A stretch of 64,000 nt of DNA, from the IMG/VR virus record IMGVR_UViG_3300032220_001356, positions 26,726 to 90,725 of that record. The stretch is one strand, 5' to 3'. How positions within the stretch are numbered: the first letter of the stretch is position 1; each line of letters starts with the position of its first letter. Position numbers and translations under genes: made by a program. Under the pieces are notes generated by a model that saw only the letters and a list, made by a program, of their open reading frames with translations, made no database searches and had not been told where the DNA came from. Below, one piece after another: positions 9,517 to 18,538 of this stretch. Source of the DNA: a virus.

Positions 9517-10634
9517 AAAAAATAAAAATTGCCTTTATTAAATTCGGCGGTTTATCTGCTGGTGGAACTGAAAAATACCTACAAACACTTGCTGCTAATT
9601 TACCAAAACAACAATTTGAGGTTGACTATTATTATACTGACGGCGTACCATTAGTTGGTAATAATTGGAAGCACCCAAATACTGACAAAGATAGAGTTGA
9701 ATATATGCTCTCTAATAACATAAATATTATTCATGTTAATTGTGAAGCAAGGGATGATAGATTTGGCCCACCATATGTTTGGATAAATTCAAATTTTTTT
9801 GAATTATTTAACTCAAAAAAATACGACATAATCCAAACAGGTCGTTCTGGGTATCAAGAATATCCTTTTTGTTCCATGAATAATGAAATATTCGTTGATA
9901 GTATACATGGCTATGGAGCACAGGGTATTGAAAAAAGAGATAACATTATTAAGACTGTTTTGCTTTCAAACACGCAAATAAAAAATTGGATTAGTAATGG
10001 TGGTGAAGAAAATAAAATTGTTTGTATTCCCCCTTTAATAGAGTTTCCAAAAAAACCTTTTATTTCACTAAGAAAGCAACTTAATATTAATGAAGATGTG
10101 TTTATTTATGGAATGCATCAAGGCAATAGAGAAGATATTTTCTCTGACATTCCACTTCAAGCATACAAACAAATAGAAAATGAAAAAACTTTGTTTTTAA
10201 TGTTAGGTGGAGCACAAAAATATAGAAATCAAGCGCAACAATTGAATATAAAAAATATAAAATTTTTAGATTTCAATGGTGATTCAAAATACATTAATGA
10301 TTTTGTTTATACACTAGATGTTTTTTCACACGGTAGGTTTGATGGTGAAGTATGCTCTGCGGCAATTATTGAAGCGTTATATCATGGCAAGCCAATTATT
10401 AGCCACCCAGCAATTAATAATGGTCATTTTGAGCAAATTGATGGTTGTGGTTTTATAGCACATTCTATTGATGAATATTCTAAAAAAATGCAACTTCTTT
10501 TTGACAACAAACAGATATATGATATATTGACAATGAACTGTTTATTAAAATATAATAATGTTTATAGTTTTGAAAAAAGTATAGACAAATACATCTCTTT
10601 ATACAAGGAAATTGTTTATGAAAGAAACATATAG
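9513..10634 (+). CDS. GT4-like glycosyltransferase
   Basis: AGGTEK N-terminal loop; LDVFSHGRFDGEVCSAAIIEALYHGKPII. Confidence 0.8.
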   Translation: MKKIKIAFIKFGGLSAGGTEKYLQTLAANLPKQQFEVDYYYTDGVPLVGNNWKHPNTDKDRVEYMLSNNINIIHVNCEARDDRFGPPYVWINSNFFELFNSKKYDIIQTGRSGYQEYPFCSMNNEIFVDSIHGYGAQGIEKRDNIIKTVLLSNTQIKNWISNGGEENKIVCIPPLIEFPKKPFISLRKQLNINEDVFIYGMHQGNREDIFSDIPLQAYKQIENEKTLFLMLGGAQKYRNQAQQLNIKNIKFLDFNGDSKYINDFVYTLDVFSHGRFDGEVCSAAIIEALYHGKPIISHPAINNGHFEQIDGCGFIAHSIDEYSKKMQLLFDNKQIYDILTMNCLLKYNNVYSFEKSIDKYISLYKEIVYERNI

Positions 10635-11199
10635 TCAATATATCTCAAATTATTTGGAAGAAGTTGTTCTAATTGCTAACAAAATTTCAAAAGATAATCT
10701 TTTGGGTTTTGTAAATGAAATAAAAAATCTTAAAAATTCACAAGGAAGATTGTTTATTTTTGGTGTTGGTGGTAGTGCTGCCAATGCTTCACACGCTGTT
10801 AATGATTTTAGAAAAATTTTAAATATTGAAACTTATTCTCCATTAGATAATGTTTCTGAATTAACAGCAAGAATAAACGACGAAAGTTGGGATGTAAGTC
10901 TGGTAAATTGGCTAAAAGTATCAAAACTCAATAAATCAGATGCAATTTTAATTTTTTCTGTTGGTGGTGGCTCTGATACTACATCTAAAAACTTAGTTAA
11001 AGTTATGGAATATGCAAAACTTAATAATTGCAAAATTCTTTCCGTTGTTAGTAGAGATGGTGGATATGCCAAACAATTATCTGATGTATGTGTTATGATA
11101 CCTGTGTTTGCTGACAACAGAATCACGCCACACGCTGAAGAATGGCAAGCAGTAGTGTGGCATATGATAGTTAGTTGCATTTCTAATGTTGAAGGATAA
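10618..11199 (+). CDS. SIS-domain phosphosugar isomerase (GmhA-like)
   Basis: RLFIFGVGGSAANASH, TARIND, FSVGGG..S.NL, RDGG, HAEEWQAVVWH. Confidence 0.85.
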   Translation: MKETYSQYISNYLEEVVLIANKISKDNLLGFVNEIKNLKNSQGRLFIFGVGGSAANASHAVNDFRKILNIETYSPLDNVSELTARINDESWDVSLVNWLKVSKLNKSDAILIFSVGGGSDTTSKNLVKVMEYAKLNNCKILSVVSRDGGYAKQLSDVCVMIPVFADNRITPHAEEWQAVVWHMIVSCISNVEG

Positions 11200-11203
11200 T
11201 AAA

Positions 11204-11905
11204 ATGAAAATCAAGATTTACTCAGATGGTGCCAATATCAACGAAATGATTGAGGCATATAACAACAAAACAGTTCAAGGATTTACAACTAACCCAACTC
11301 TCATGAGTAAGGCTGGTATTAAGGATTATAAAGGGTTTGCTATAGATGTTTTAAATAATATTAAAGATATGCCAATTTCATTTGAAGTATTTTCTGATAC
11401 TTTTGATGAAATGTATAAACAAGCAAAAATTTTAAATTCTCTTGGCGATAATGTATACGTTAAAATTCCAATTATGAACACAAAAGGGAAGCCTTCATAT
11501 AAACTCATAAATAAACTAGATTCTGAAAAAGTAAAATTAAATATTACTGCTGTTTTCACAACGAATCAAGTTTCTCGTATTCTAAAAAACGTCGATGGAA
11601 CTACTGCTCATATTATATCCATTTTTGCAGGTAGAATAGCAGATACAGGTATCGACCCAACTCCCATTATGAAAAAGAGTCTAAAGAAAATAAAATCACA
11701 TAGTCAATTATTACAACTTTTATGGGCTAGTCCAAGAGAGGTGCTAAATATTTATCAAGCCGATAAAATTGGATGCGATATTATTACAGTAACTCCTTCT
11801 ACATTAGACAAACTTTCGTTATCTAATAAAGACTTGAATGAATTTTCTAGAGAAACAGTTGAAATGTTTTACAATGACGCTTTAAAGTCGGGATTTTCTC
11901 TATGA
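11204..11905 (+). CDS. tal: Transaldolase (short TalC/MipB-type)
   Basis: GFTTNPTL, ISFEV, YVKIP (Schiff-base Lys), NITAVF, SIFAGRIAD, LWASPRE. Confidence 0.92.
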   Translation: MKIKIYSDGANINEMIEAYNNKTVQGFTTNPTLMSKAGIKDYKGFAIDVLNNIKDMPISFEVFSDTFDEMYKQAKILNSLGDNVYVKIPIMNTKGKPSYKLINKLDSEKVKLNITAVFTTNQVSRILKNVDGTTAHIISIFAGRIADTGIDPTPIMKKSLKKIKSHSQLLQLLWASPREVLNIYQADKIGCDIITVTPSTLDKLSLSNKDLNEFSRETVEMFYNDALKSGFSL

Positions 11906-12879
11906 TTATTGCTAAAGCACCACTTAGAATAACTCTTGCCGGAGGAGGTACTGATTTACCAGATTTTTATACAAAGTTTGGCGGCTCCGTTACAAGTATG
12001 GCAATTGACAAACATATTTTTGTTAGTTTTAAGAGAAATATATTAGATAATTTGGTTAGGCTTCGTTATTTAAAAACTGAAGAAGTAGAAACTATTAACA
12101 AACTAAGCAATGAAAGAGCGAGAGAATCATTGAAACATTTTAAAATTTTTGACCAATGTGAAATTACTAGTATTGGAGATTTACCTGCAAGCACAGGCTT
12201 GGGTTCATCTGGTAGTTATATTGTTTCATTAATTACTGCTATTCAACAATATAAAAAACTAAATATGTCCAAACATGACATTGCTGAATTGGCTTGTAAA
12301 ATTGAAATGGAAGAATTAAATGAACCAGTTGGTAAACAAGACCAGTTTATTGCTTCTTATGGTGGTATAAAAACATTTAATATCGATACCAACGGTAATG
12401 TAGAAGTTGAAAATTTTGATTTTAGTTCTGATGATTTAAAACATTTCATACAAAATAATAGAATTTACTATACTGGAATTCAAAGAAGTGCTTCTGAAGT
12501 TTTAAAATCTCAAAAAACAAATCAAACAAACTTTGAAGATAAAATGAAAAAAATAAGTGATTTAAGTTTAAAGTTTGTTACTGCATTAAAACAAAAAAAT
12601 TATGATTATTATGGTCAATTGTTAAATGAACATTGGATGCAAAAAAAAGCACTTTCTCCTTGTATGACAACCAATAATGTTGAACAAATTTATTATGATT
12701 TGATGAATAATAATAAAATATTTGGTGGCAAAATTATTGGTGCAGGCGGTGGAGGATTTTTGTTGGTATATTGTAATAAAGACCATTCATATGTAGATAA
12801 TTATATGCAATCAAAGGGTATGCTTAGATTGGACTATAATGTTGATTTTGATGGTGCAAATATTGTTTATGAGTCATAA
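11902..12879 (+). CDS. GHMP-family sugar-phosphate 1-kinase (HddA-like)
   Basis: APLRITLAGGGTD, PASTGLGSSG, GKQDQF, GGKIIGAGGGG. Confidence 0.9.
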   Translation: MIIAKAPLRITLAGGGTDLPDFYTKFGGSVTSMAIDKHIFVSFKRNILDNLVRLRYLKTEEVETINKLSNERARESLKHFKIFDQCEITSIGDLPASTGLGSSGSYIVSLITAIQQYKKLNMSKHDIAELACKIEMEELNEPVGKQDQFIASYGGIKTFNIDTNGNVEVENFDFSSDDLKHFIQNNRIYYTGIQRSASEVLKSQKTNQTNFEDKMKKISDLSLKFVTALKQKNYDYYGQLLNEHWMQKKALSPCMTTNNVEQIYYDLMNNNKIFGGKIIGAGGGGFLLVYCNKDHSYVDNYMQSKGMLRLDYNVDFDGANIVYES

Positions 12880-13582
12880 CATGGTTTATTGCTTCGATAT
12901 AGATAACACCATTTGTATTACCAATGGAAATGATTATAAAAATGCTGTTCCAATCAAAAAGGCAGTAGACGAAATCAACAAGTTATATCAAGATAATAAT
13001 ATAATCAAACTCTTTACAGCCAGAGGTACAACATCTAAAATTGATTGGACAGAGTTTACTATAAATCAACTTTCACAATGGGGTTTAAAATATCATGAAC
13101 TAATCATGAATATTAAGCCTAGTTTTGATTTGTTAATTGATGATAGAGCAATTAATGCAAATGATTGGCTAAAAACAATTGATAAAAAAGTAGGTTTTTT
13201 GGCTGGTTCCTTTGACTTAATACATCCGGGCTATATTTTAATGTTTCAAGATGCCAAAAAGTATTGTAATCATCTAATAGTCGGATTACAGACTGACCCA
13301 ACTATGGATAGACCAACTAAAAATAAACCAGTTCAAACAATAGAAGAGAGAAAAATCATTCTTTCTTCAATTAAATATATTGATGAAATTATTATATATG
13401 AAACTGAAAAAGATTTATATAATTTGTTGAAAAATAACAAAATTGATATTAGAATATTAGGTAGCGATTATGAAGATAAGATATACAATGGTTATGATTT
13501 AAATATACCTGTTTATTTTCATAAAAGAAATCACGATTGGTCTACAACTAATTTAAAAAATAAAATAAGGAATTCATTATGA
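12869..13582 (+). CDS. HAD phosphatase fused to a class-I (HxGH-type) nucleotidyltransferase
   Basis: FDIDNT, FTARG, KP, IDD (HAD); GSFDLIHPGY, IVGLQTDP, KP...EER, LGSDY, STT (TagD/HldC-like); start at 12869 or 12881. Confidence 0.85.
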   Translation: MSHNMVYCFDIDNTICITNGNDYKNAVPIKKAVDEINKLYQDNNIIKLFTARGTTSKIDWTEFTINQLSQWGLKYHELIMNIKPSFDLLIDDRAINANDWLKTIDKKVGFLAGSFDLIHPGYILMFQDAKKYCNHLIVGLQTDPTMDRPTKNKPVQTIEERKIILSSIKYIDEIIIYETEKDLYNLLKNNKIDIRILGSDYEDKIYNGYDLNIPVYFHKRNHDWSTTNLKNKIRNSL

Positions 13583-14484
13583 AAAAAGCAATTGTTACAG
13601 GCGGTAATGGTTTTATTGGTAGTAACTTAGTTGATAATTTGGTAGATTTAGGAATCGAAACTATTGTTATCGATAATAATTCTGCTGAATGTAACGAAAG
13701 ATTCTATTTCAATGAAAAAGCAAAAAATTACAAATATGACATTTGTGATTATGATAAAATTCTTCCCTTATTTAAGGGCGTTGATGTTGTATTTCATTTA
13801 GCAGCAGAATCCAGAATTCAACCATCAATTCTTAATCCAACATATGCAACAAAAGTAAATGTTTTAGGAACTTGTAATATTTTACAAGCCGCAAGAGAAA
13901 ATAACGTAGACAGAGTTATTTATTCTTCAACGTCTGCTGGTTATGGCTTGAAAAATTCGCCCCCTCTCAGAGAAGATATGCCAAAAGATTGTCTAAATCC
14001 ATATTCTGTTACCAAGTGTGCTGGCGAAGAACTTTGTGTTATGTACAATAACTTGTTTGGTCTTAAAACTATCTCACTCAGATATTTTAACGTATATGGT
14101 AATAGAGAACCAGTTAAGGGGCAATATGCGCCAGTAGTTGGTTTGTTTTTGAGACAATTTAGAAACAACGAAGCAATGACCGTTGTTGGTGATGGACTAC
14201 AAAGAAGAGATTTTACAAATGTGCAAGATGTAGTTCAAGCAAATATTCTTGCCGGTACTACTACAAATTTACAAGCATTTGGAGAAGTTTATAATGTAGG
14301 TACTGGTATTAACCATTCTGTACTGGAATTGGCACAATTTATTGGTGGTAAATACGAATTTATTGATTCACGAATTGGTGAAGCACGAAACACATTAGCA
14401 GATAATAGTAAAATTAAAAATTATCTAAATTGGCAACCAAAAGTTGATTTTCTTGATTATCTTAAAAAGGAACTTAATAAATGA
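13579..14484 (+). CDS. NAD-dependent nucleotide-sugar epimerase/dehydratase (SDR)
   Basis: TGGNGFIG, FHLAA, YSSTS, PYSVTK, LRYFNVYG, GDGLQRRDF. Confidence 0.92.
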   Translation: MKKAIVTGGNGFIGSNLVDNLVDLGIETIVIDNNSAECNERFYFNEKAKNYKYDICDYDKILPLFKGVDVVFHLAAESRIQPSILNPTYATKVNVLGTCNILQAARENNVDRVIYSSTSAGYGLKNSPPLREDMPKDCLNPYSVTKCAGEELCVMYNNLFGLKTISLRYFNVYGNREPVKGQYAPVVGLFLRQFRNNEAMTVVGDGLQRRDFTNVQDVVQANILAGTTTNLQAFGEVYNVGTGINHSVLELAQFIGGKYEFIDSRIGEARNTLADNSKIKNYLNWQPKVDFLDYLKKELNK

Positions 14485-15245
14485 TTTCAGATGATAATAT
14501 AGTTTTTAATGAAAATTATAAATGTAATTTTTGTACTGATGGTCGTGCATATCAAACGGTTGAAAATTATGCAAGATATAGTTTTCCATATTTTTCAAAT
14601 AAAAAAGATGATGAAGTAAAAACTATTTTAGTTATTGGAGCGTATGAAGGGCAAGAAATAACTTATTATTTGCATAAATACAAAAATGCAACAATTTACG
14701 CTTTTGAACCAATTGAGAGCGTGTTCAATAGATTAGTTAATACTTTTGGAAGCATTGAGAGAGTTAAACTTTACAATTTTGCAGTTGCAGATTTTACAGG
14801 AGAAAGTAATTTTTATATTTTATCTAGTAATTTAAATAATACTGCCGATGGTAGCAGTAGTTTGCTGGAATTCCACGCAGATAAATTGGGGCACAACTAT
14901 AAAATTGGCAATATTGTAAAAGTAAAAACAATTAAATTAGATGATATTGAAGAGTTGAGCAACAAAGACATAGATTATATGCAAGTTGATGTTCAAGGTG
15001 CCGAACTTTTAGTGCTAAAAGGTTCAACTAAAATTTTAAAAAATGTAAAAACATTAATGTTAGAAGTTAAAACCGAAGAATACACCGAAGCATGGGACGC
15101 ACCAGACTTTCAAATGTACAAAGGTATGTGTTATCTACAAGATTTAATTGACTTTCTTAAATATTTTAATATTAAACCATATTTAGTTGGCGTAGATAAC
15201 GAAAGTAAAAACGGACAAGGAAATTCATTTTGGATTAGGAGTTAA
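14481..15245 (+). CDS. FkbM-family methyltransferase
   Basis: IGAYEG, YAFEP, SSSLL, IKLDD, VDVQGAELLVLKG. Confidence 0.85.
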   Translation: MISDDNIVFNENYKCNFCTDGRAYQTVENYARYSFPYFSNKKDDEVKTILVIGAYEGQEITYYLHKYKNATIYAFEPIESVFNRLVNTFGSIERVKLYNFAVADFTGESNFYILSSNLNNTADGSSSLLEFHADKLGHNYKIGNIVKVKTIKLDDIEELSNKDIDYMQVDVQGAELLVLKGSTKILKNVKTLMLEVKTEEYTEAWDAPDFQMYKGMCYLQDLIDFLKYFNIKPYLVGVDNESKNGQGNSFWIRS

Positions 15246-15246
15246 A

Positions 15247-15933
15247 ATGAACGTAGAAGAAATGATAGACAAAATTTTGTTTGATACAAAAAATAAAGCA
15301 AAAAGAATTGCTAAATGGGATTATCATCGTGAATATCTTACTGCTTGTTGTAGTGAAGTAACTATTGACGGTTTGTGGATGGAGTTTGGTGTATATAGAG
15401 GTAGAACAATTTCAACTATTGCCGAACAAACAACTAGCGATGTTTATGGGTTTGATTGTTTTGAGGGATTGCCAGAATTTTGGGATAATGAAAATCCAAA
15501 AGGTGTATATAGCGTTGGAGGAGAAATCCCATTAGGCGCTATCGATGGGCCAGCAGATATAAATCCCGGCATGTACGAACCAGTACCAACAAGAGTTATG
15601 AAGCCTTGGGCTAAAAATATTAAACTTGTAAAAGGTCTTTTTGAAGATAGTTTACCAATATTTTTACAACAGCATACCGAACAAGCAGCATTTATCAATA
15701 TTGATAGTGACTTGTATAGTTCTGCTAAAACTGTTCTTACACATTTAAAAGATAGAATTAAGCATGGCACTATTATAACGTTTGACGAACTTGTAGATTA
15801 TCCTACTTTCAGAGAGCATGAAATAAAAGCATTTGCAGAATTTTTGATTGATACTGGATTTTCTTATGAAGCATTATACCATCAATCGTTGGCTAATTAT
15901 AGTCAAGCTTGTTTTAGAATAATTAAGGAGTAA
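15247..15933 (+). CDS. TylF/MycF-like sugar O-methyltransferase
   Basis: EFGVYRG, GFDCFEGLPE, VKGLFEDSL, IDSDLYSS, FDE. Confidence 0.8.
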   Translation: MNVEEMIDKILFDTKNKAKRIAKWDYHREYLTACCSEVTIDGLWMEFGVYRGRTISTIAEQTTSDVYGFDCFEGLPEFWDNENPKGVYSVGGEIPLGAIDGPADINPGMYEPVPTRVMKPWAKNIKLVKGLFEDSLPIFLQQHTEQAAFINIDSDLYSSAKTVLTHLKDRIKHGTIITFDELVDYPTFREHEIKAFAEFLIDTGFSYEALYHQSLANYSQACFRIIKE

Positions 15934-15936
15934 TTT

Positions 15937-16584
15937 ATGTTTGAAAGACAACAAGGTTCAAAAACAAAAACCAAAAACCAAGAAACACATATTTTAGTTT
16001 ACGATAGACATTTGGGTGGTTGTTCACTTACTGGCGATGGTGCTACATATTATCCAAGAATGTGGACATATATGGTTAATAAATTTAGCTTTAAATCTGC
16101 TATTGATATTGGATGTGGTGCAGGACATTCTACAGAATATTTTCAACATTTAGGATTAGAAATACATGGTGTAGAAGGCTGTAAGGAAGCAGCAGAAAAT
16201 TGTCTAATTGATAAAAAATTTATTAAAATACATGATTACGAAAATGATGGTGCTTATGTACCGCATAAAGATTATGATTTAGGGTGGTCATGTGAATTTG
16301 TTGAACACGTTGAAAAAAATTGTATGCAAAACTTTTTTGAAACATTTAAAAAATGTAAATATTTAGCTATTACTTATGCTTATCCCGGTCAAGGTGGGCA
16401 CCATCACGTTAATGAACAGCCAGAACAATTTTGGTTAAATGAAATATCAAAAATTGGATTTACATATGATGCCGAAACAACCGCAGAATTAAGAGAAATA
16501 GCTAGACAAGATTGCGAAGTTCACTCTCCTTTTTACACTTCACATTTTATTAATAGAGGCTTGTTTTTTAAAAGAAATTATTAG
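15937..16584 (+). CDS. Class I SAM-dependent methyltransferase
   Basis: IDIGCGAG, GVEG, CEFVEHV, PGQGGHHHVNEQ. Confidence 0.82.
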   Translation: MFERQQGSKTKTKNQETHILVYDRHLGGCSLTGDGATYYPRMWTYMVNKFSFKSAIDIGCGAGHSTEYFQHLGLEIHGVEGCKEAAENCLIDKKFIKIHDYENDGAYVPHKDYDLGWSCEFVEHVEKNCMQNFFETFKKCKYLAITYAYPGQGGHHHVNEQPEQFWLNEISKIGFTYDAETTAELREIARQDCEVHSPFYTSHFINRGLFFKRNY

Positions 16585-16640
16585 AAATTTTTTTCATAAT
16601 AATATATGATATTATAAAAAAAATAACAAAGAGAAAATAA

Positions 16641-17561
16641 ATGATTTTAGTTACTGGTGGCTCTGGAATGGTTGGAAAAGCTTTAATGCAATCTATTCCA
16701 GATGCTTTTTATATATCTTCTGACAATTGTAATTTAACAAGCGAAAACGACACCAAATATATGTTTAAGCACTTAAAGCCAACGAAGGTAATCCATCTTG
16801 CTGCAAAAGTCGGTGGTGTAAAAGCAAACATGGAACAACTTGGTGAATTTTATACAGATAACATAAGAATTAATACAAACGTTTTACACTATTCTATGGT
16901 TTATAAAGTTGAAAAAGTTCTTTCCCTATTAAGTACCTGTATATACCCAGATAATGTCACATATCCTCTTACAGAAGAACAAATACATAATGGGCCACCA
17001 CACGAATCTAATTTTGCTTATGCATATGCAAAAAGAATGATTGATATTCAATCAAGAGCATATAGAAAGCAATATGGCTGCAATTTTATTACTGCTGTGC
17101 CAAACAATTTATTTGGAGAGGATGATAATTTTGATTTAAATAACTCTCATGTTATTCCTGCAATTATTAGAAAAATGTATGAAGCAAAACAAAAAAATGA
17201 AGATGTTGTTTTGTGGGGGGATGGAACTCCGTTGCGTGAATTTACATATTCAAAAGATTTGGCACAAACATTGATGTTTCTTCTTGATAACTATGATGGT
17301 GAAAATCCAATTAATGTTGGAAACACTAACAATTACTCAATTAAGCAAATTGCAGAATTAATAGCATTAAAATTAAAATATAAAGGAAATATTATTTGGG
17401 ACACTTCCAAGCCAAGTGGGCAGTTTAAAAAACCTTCTGATAATTCAAAATTAATTGAACTTGGATTTGATAAAAATGGTTATACTAATATAGATATTGC
17501 CTTGACAAATACTTGTAATTGGTTTACATTAAATTATCCAAATATTAGAGGAATTAAATGA
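16641..17561 (+). CDS. fcl: GDP-L-fucose synthase
   Basis: TGGSGMVG, HLAAKVGG, LSTCIYP, YAYAK, SHVIPA, WGDGTPLREF. Confidence 0.93.
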   Translation: MILVTGGSGMVGKALMQSIPDAFYISSDNCNLTSENDTKYMFKHLKPTKVIHLAAKVGGVKANMEQLGEFYTDNIRINTNVLHYSMVYKVEKVLSLLSTCIYPDNVTYPLTEEQIHNGPPHESNFAYAYAKRMIDIQSRAYRKQYGCNFITAVPNNLFGEDDNFDLNNSHVIPAIIRKMYEAKQKNEDVVLWGDGTPLREFTYSKDLAQTLMFLLDNYDGENPINVGNTNNYSIKQIAELIALKLKYKGNIIWDTSKPSGQFKKPSDNSKLIELGFDKNGYTNIDIALTNTCNWFTLNYPNIRGIK

Positions 17562-18538
17562 AAACTGCGCTAATAACAGGCGTAACGGGACAAGATGGTT
17601 CCTATTTAGCAGAATTATTATTATCTAAAAACTACAAAGTTATTGGTCTTAAAAGAAGAACATCTTTGTTGTGTACAGATAGAATTGATAAATTTTACAA
17701 TCATCCAAATTTTGTACTTGAATATTTTGAATTAGATGACCCATCTTGCATGTATAGAATTTTAAGCAAATATAAACCCGATGAAGTTTATAATCTTGCT
17801 GCTCAATCGCACGTTAGAGTATCGTTTGATATTCCACAAAGTACGATTAATACAATTGTGATGGGCACTTTAAATCTTGTTGAAGCAGTACGAAATGTAT
17901 GTCCACATGCAAAATTTTATCAAGCATCTTCATCTGAAATGTTTGGAGACAATCCAAATTTTCCCTATACTGAAGAAAGTAAGTTAACGCCAGCATCACC
18001 ATATGCAAATGCAAAAGTATTTGCTCATAATTTAATGCGTAATTATAGAATGTCTTACAATATGTTCGCTTGTTCTGGTATTTTATTTAATCACGAATCT
18101 CCAAGGAGAGGCGAAACATTTGTAACAAGAAAAATTACTTTAGCAGCAGCAAAAATTAAATTTGGGCTACAAGATAAATTGTATTTAGGAAACTTAGATG
18201 CTGTAAGAGATTGGGGATTTGCTGGCGATTATGTCGAAGCAATGTGGCTTATGTTACAACAAGAAAAAGCCGACGACTACGTAATCGCAACTGGCAAAGC
18301 ATATTCGGTTAGAGAGTTTTTAAACTTAGTTTTTGAGCACGCCGAATTGACAGTACAAAAATATGTCGAAACTGATACAAGGTTGTTTAGACCACATGAA
18401 GTTCCATTTCTTTTGGGTGATTCTACAAAAGCACAAAATTTACTAAACTGGAAACCAAAAACAGATTTAAAAACATTAGCTACCATGATGTATGAAGAAG
18501 ACTTTAATAATATAAAAAAACAAATGGATAAAAAATGA
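17558..18538 (+). CDS. gmd: GDP-mannose 4,6-dehydratase
   Basis: TGVTGQDGSYLAE, NLAAQSHV, QASSSE, SPYANAK, GILFNHESPRRGETFVTRKI. Confidence 0.97.
   Translation: MKTALITGVTGQDGSYLAELLLSKNYKVIGLKRRTSLLCTDRIDKFYNHPNFVLEYFELDDPSCMYRILSKYKPDEVYNLAAQSHVRVSFDIPQSTINTIVMGTLNLVEAVRNVCPHAKFYQASSSEMFGDNPNFPYTEESKLTPASPYANAKVFAHNLMRNYRMSYNMFACSGILFNHESPRRGETFVTRKITLAAAKIKFGLQDKLYLGNLDAVRDWGFAGDYVEAMWLMLQQEKADDYVIATGKAYSVREFLNLVFEHAELTVQKYVETDTRLFRPHEVPFLLGDSTKAQNLLNWKPKTDLKTLATMMYEEDFNNIKKQMDKK

Noticed and set aside
11204-11905. Transaldolase as a cyanophage-type talC carbon-metabolism AMG implying a cyanobacterial host
   Set aside because: It is embedded between the SIS isomerase and sugar kinase genes, with no zwf, gnd, cp12 or photosynthesis genes.
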